Part shown: in pieces, positions 62,094-64,000 of the stretch
Position numbering within the stretch: the first letter of the stretch is position 1
Layout of the letters: each line of letters starts with the position of its first letter
DNA from: a virus
Taxonomy: Duplodnaviria > Heunggongvirae > Uroviricota > Caudoviricetes
IMG/VR virus record: IMGVR_UViG_3300002835_000066
Location: 1-64,000 of that record
Direction: 5' to 3' (one strand)
Length of the DNA: 64,000 bases
Notes under the pieces: model-generated
What the model was told of the DNA's origin: nothing
The model's database searches: none
Seen by the model: the letters and a program-made list of their open reading frames with translations, nothing else
Position numbers and translations under genes: made by a program

Positions 62094-64000
62094 TTACACT
62101 AAGTTATATTGTGTAGTCCACACAGTTGAGTTGCTGCTTGCTGGCGTTACTTGTAGTTTGAGGTTGCCAGAATCTACAACTACTTGTAGACTGCTTCCAG
62201 TTACTGTGCCGATATTTACTGTTGCGAAAATAGTATAATCAACATTAGCACCGTCAGTAACAGCCACTACCTTAGCAACACTATGCTTGCCGCCGGCAGA
62301 ATCAATACCCTTAACTAGATATTCAATGCCGGTTGTACCTGTTACTGCAAATGAAGCAATAGTCTGATTTGCGGTAGTTGCAGTTGTAGTTACCGTACCG
62401 GATGTTACTGTTGTACTACCAATGATAACATTGCCAGTAACATTAGCAGTTGTTAAGTTTGCTGATGTTGCAGAGACATTGCCGCTGCTGATATTACCAG
62501 TTACAGCAAGTGAAGTTAGTGTACCAACTGAAGTAATGTTTGGTTGAGCATTAGTGTAAACTGTACCGGCAACAAGTGCGTTACCTACTTGACCTGAAAC
62601 ATTAGCACCAGTGATTGCAGTTAATGCAGAACCATTACCACTTACGTTAGTGAATGCACCAGTAGTTCCGCTTACATTACCGGCAGCTACGTTACCAGTT
62701 ACATCAAGTGAAGTTAGTGTACCAACACTTGTGATATTTGGCTGAGCAGCAGTTGTTAATGTACCTGCAAAGAAGTTAGCTGTAGCAAGATTGCCTAAGT
62801 TAGCATTGCCGCCACTGATATTGCCTGTTACTGACAAGTTAGCAAGAGTACCAACACTTGTCAAGCTTGAGTTGACAATAGTTGCTGCAAGTGTGGTGCC
62901 TGTCAAATTAGCAGCATTTGCAGTAATTGCTACGTTTGCAGCGGCAGTTAACTGACCTTGTGCATTTACAGTGAATGACGCAACTGCATCACCGCTTCCA
63001 TAGCTACTAGCAGTGACAGCAGTATTTGTAATACTGAAGGTGTCACCGGTTAGCGTTAAGCCAGTGCCAGCCTTATATGTACCAGCACCTGAGAACTGTA
63101 CCCATGCAATTGGATCAGTACCAACAGTATTAACTTCGTCAATTTGCACCCAACCAGTTGAGTTATATTCTGTACCAGCAGTAACAAATGTAAAGTCACC
63201 GCCTTGAATCTCAGCAGCAGTATCAAAGTCAGCAGCACGAGTCAATACAGTAGCACTTGTTCTTACATAGATACCGTTGTTTGCTTGAGCCGCTTCGTTC
63301 TTGACGAGGATTCTCATACCATTTGATAGTGTAACACCATCAAGAGTTGTCAGCCCAACTCCTAAGGTTAGTGTTGCACCAACACCAGCAGTACCGTTGT
63401 CATAAGTTACACTGCCGCCTGTGATAGATGCAAGAGTAGCAGGAGTTGCAGCATCGCAACTTGCATGAATATGCAAACCTTGAGCAACGTCATCAACATA
63501 TTGCTTGGTTGCTGCGTCGGTTGATGCTGTTGGAGTAGCAACGTTTGAGACTCTTGCGCCCCAAACATCAACTGTTCCTGTACCAGTTGGCTTCAAGAAG
63601 ACATTGCTATTTGCGCCAGTAGCTGAAATGCTAACACTTGTAGTTCTGCCGACGATTAAATCAGTTACAAGATTTGCACTTGTTTGAATATTACCGGTAA
63701 CAGTAAGGTCAGTTAATGTTCCAACACTTGTTACGTTTGGTTGAGCAGCAGTCGTGAGTGTACCAGTTAGTGTAGCGCCTGAAACGTCTCCGGTAGCACT
63801 TAGGTTACCAGTAGTTGTATTGCCGGTTACAGCAAGTGAAGTTAGTGTACCAACTGAAGTAATGTTTGGCTGAGCATTAGTGTAAACTGTACCAGCTACA
63901 AGTGCGTTGCCTACTTGACCGGTTACATTAGCACCAGCGATTGCAGTTAGAGCAGCACCGTTACCAATGAAGTTAGTAGCAGATACGTTACCAACTACAG
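62094..64000 (-). CDS. repetitive tail-fibre protein, 5'-partial. The N-terminus lies beyond the window end.
   Basis: The track ORF 62094..63596 begins at the first Met of a frame that stays open to position 64000. Hand-translating upstream gives the same repeat units (...NFIGNGAALTAIAGANVTGQVGNALVAGTVYTNAQPNITSVGTLTSLAVTGN...). It contains one copy of the TDAATKQYVDD module and a unique C-terminal 130 aa. Confidence 0.65.
   Translation of the reverse strand, partial: VVGNVSATNFIGNGAALTAIAGANVTGQVGNALVAGTVYTNAQPNITSVGTLTSLAVTGNTTTGNLSATGDVSGATLTGTLTTAAQPNVTSVGTLTDLTVTGNIQTSANLVTDLIVGRTTSVSISATGANSNVFLKPTGTGTVDVWGARVSNVATPTASTDAATKQYVDDVAQGLHIHASCDAATPATLASITGGSVTYDNGTAGVGATLTLGVGLTTLDGVTLSNGMRILVKNEAAQANNGIYVRTSATVLTRAADFDTAAEIQGGDFTFVTAGTEYNSTGWVQIDEVNTVGTDPIAWVQFSGAGTYKAGTGLTLTGDTFSITNTAVTASSYGSGDAVASFTVNAQGQLTAAANVAITANAANLTGTTLAATIVNSSLTSVGTLANLSVTGNISGGNANLGNLATANFFAGTLTTAAQPNITSVGTLTSLDVTGNVAAGNVSGTTGAFTNVSGNGSALTAITGANVSGQVGNALVAGTVYTNAQPNITSVGTLTSLAVTGNISSGNVSATSANLTTANVTGNVIIGSTTVTSGTVTTTATTANQTIASFAVTGTTGIEYLVKGIDSAGGKHSVAKVVAVTDGANVDYTIFATVNIGTVTGSSLQVVVDSGNLKLQVTPASSNSTVWTTQYNLV

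Larger units (their letters stand above)
48647..63960. repeat. in-frame DNA tandem and dispersed repeats of about 120-400 bp spanning three and a half consecutive fibre genes
   Basis: The same nucleotide blocks recur dozens of times (for example gttgttactgtaccagc..., gcaccaacgaatgtagt...). The many Ala/Val-rich plus-strand ORFs in the track are the reverse-complement frames of these repeats. Confidence 0.8.

Noticed and set aside
48753-63687. Many plus-strand ORFs of 60-413 aa (Ala/Val/Pro-rich) inside the fibre locus
   Set aside because: They are the reverse-complement frames of the highly repetitive minus-strand fibre genes. Codons for Thr/Gly/Asn/Val read backwards give Ala/Val/Pro runs with no stops. 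They have no independent starts and carry the same internal repeats.

Overview
This window looks like part of a large virulent dsDNA phage genome, roughly 38% GC, with almost every gene on the minus strand. It has five recognisable blocks.

- **1-15.3 kb, tRNA island.** I identified about 28 tRNA genes by hand-folding. Nearly all encode the 3' CCA. Mixed in with them are a free-standing HNH endonuclease, three paralogous SGNH/GDSL-like hydrolases, a glycosyltransferase family 2 (GT2) gene, a Coq4-like protein, a small S-adenosylmethionine (SAM) decarboxylase, a 2OG-Fe(II) oxygenase, an outer-membrane beta-barrel-like protein and a radical-SAM enzyme whose SPASM-like domain is at the N-terminus.
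- **15.3-16.0 kb, a 700-bp intergenic region with no long ORFs.** It carries one copy of a promoter/5'-leader motif that recurs twice more at about 27.6 and 28.6 kb.
- **16-30 kb, an auxiliary-metabolism block.** It encodes a eukaryotic-type phosphomannomutase, a small SGNH hydrolase, an AAA ATPase, a Pth2-like protein, two B12-binding radical-SAM enzymes, a RimK-type ATP-grasp ligase, a peroxiredoxin, an SPFH lipoprotein with a small membrane partner, a run of six small ORFs that includes a tandem paralog pair, and SAM synthetase.
- **30-38.5 kb.** A 993-aa structural protein, a PAAR spike-tip protein, glutaredoxin, and class Ia ribonucleotide reductase nrdB and nrdA with a class II aldolase/adducin gene between them.
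- **38.5-64 kb, a tail-fibre super-locus.** Eight paralogous genes share conserved N- and C-termini around a Laminin_G_3/ConA-like jellyroll domain, and two of them carry long glycine-rich inserts. These are followed by a 3191-aa giant repetitive fibre protein, a 1219-aa fibre protein and a 5'-partial fibre gene. All three share a module of about 190 aa containing a 'TDAATKQYVDD' motif, and all are built from near-identical DNA tandem repeats.

All function calls rest on motifs I could read in the translations and on my memory of the families. No database search was possible.
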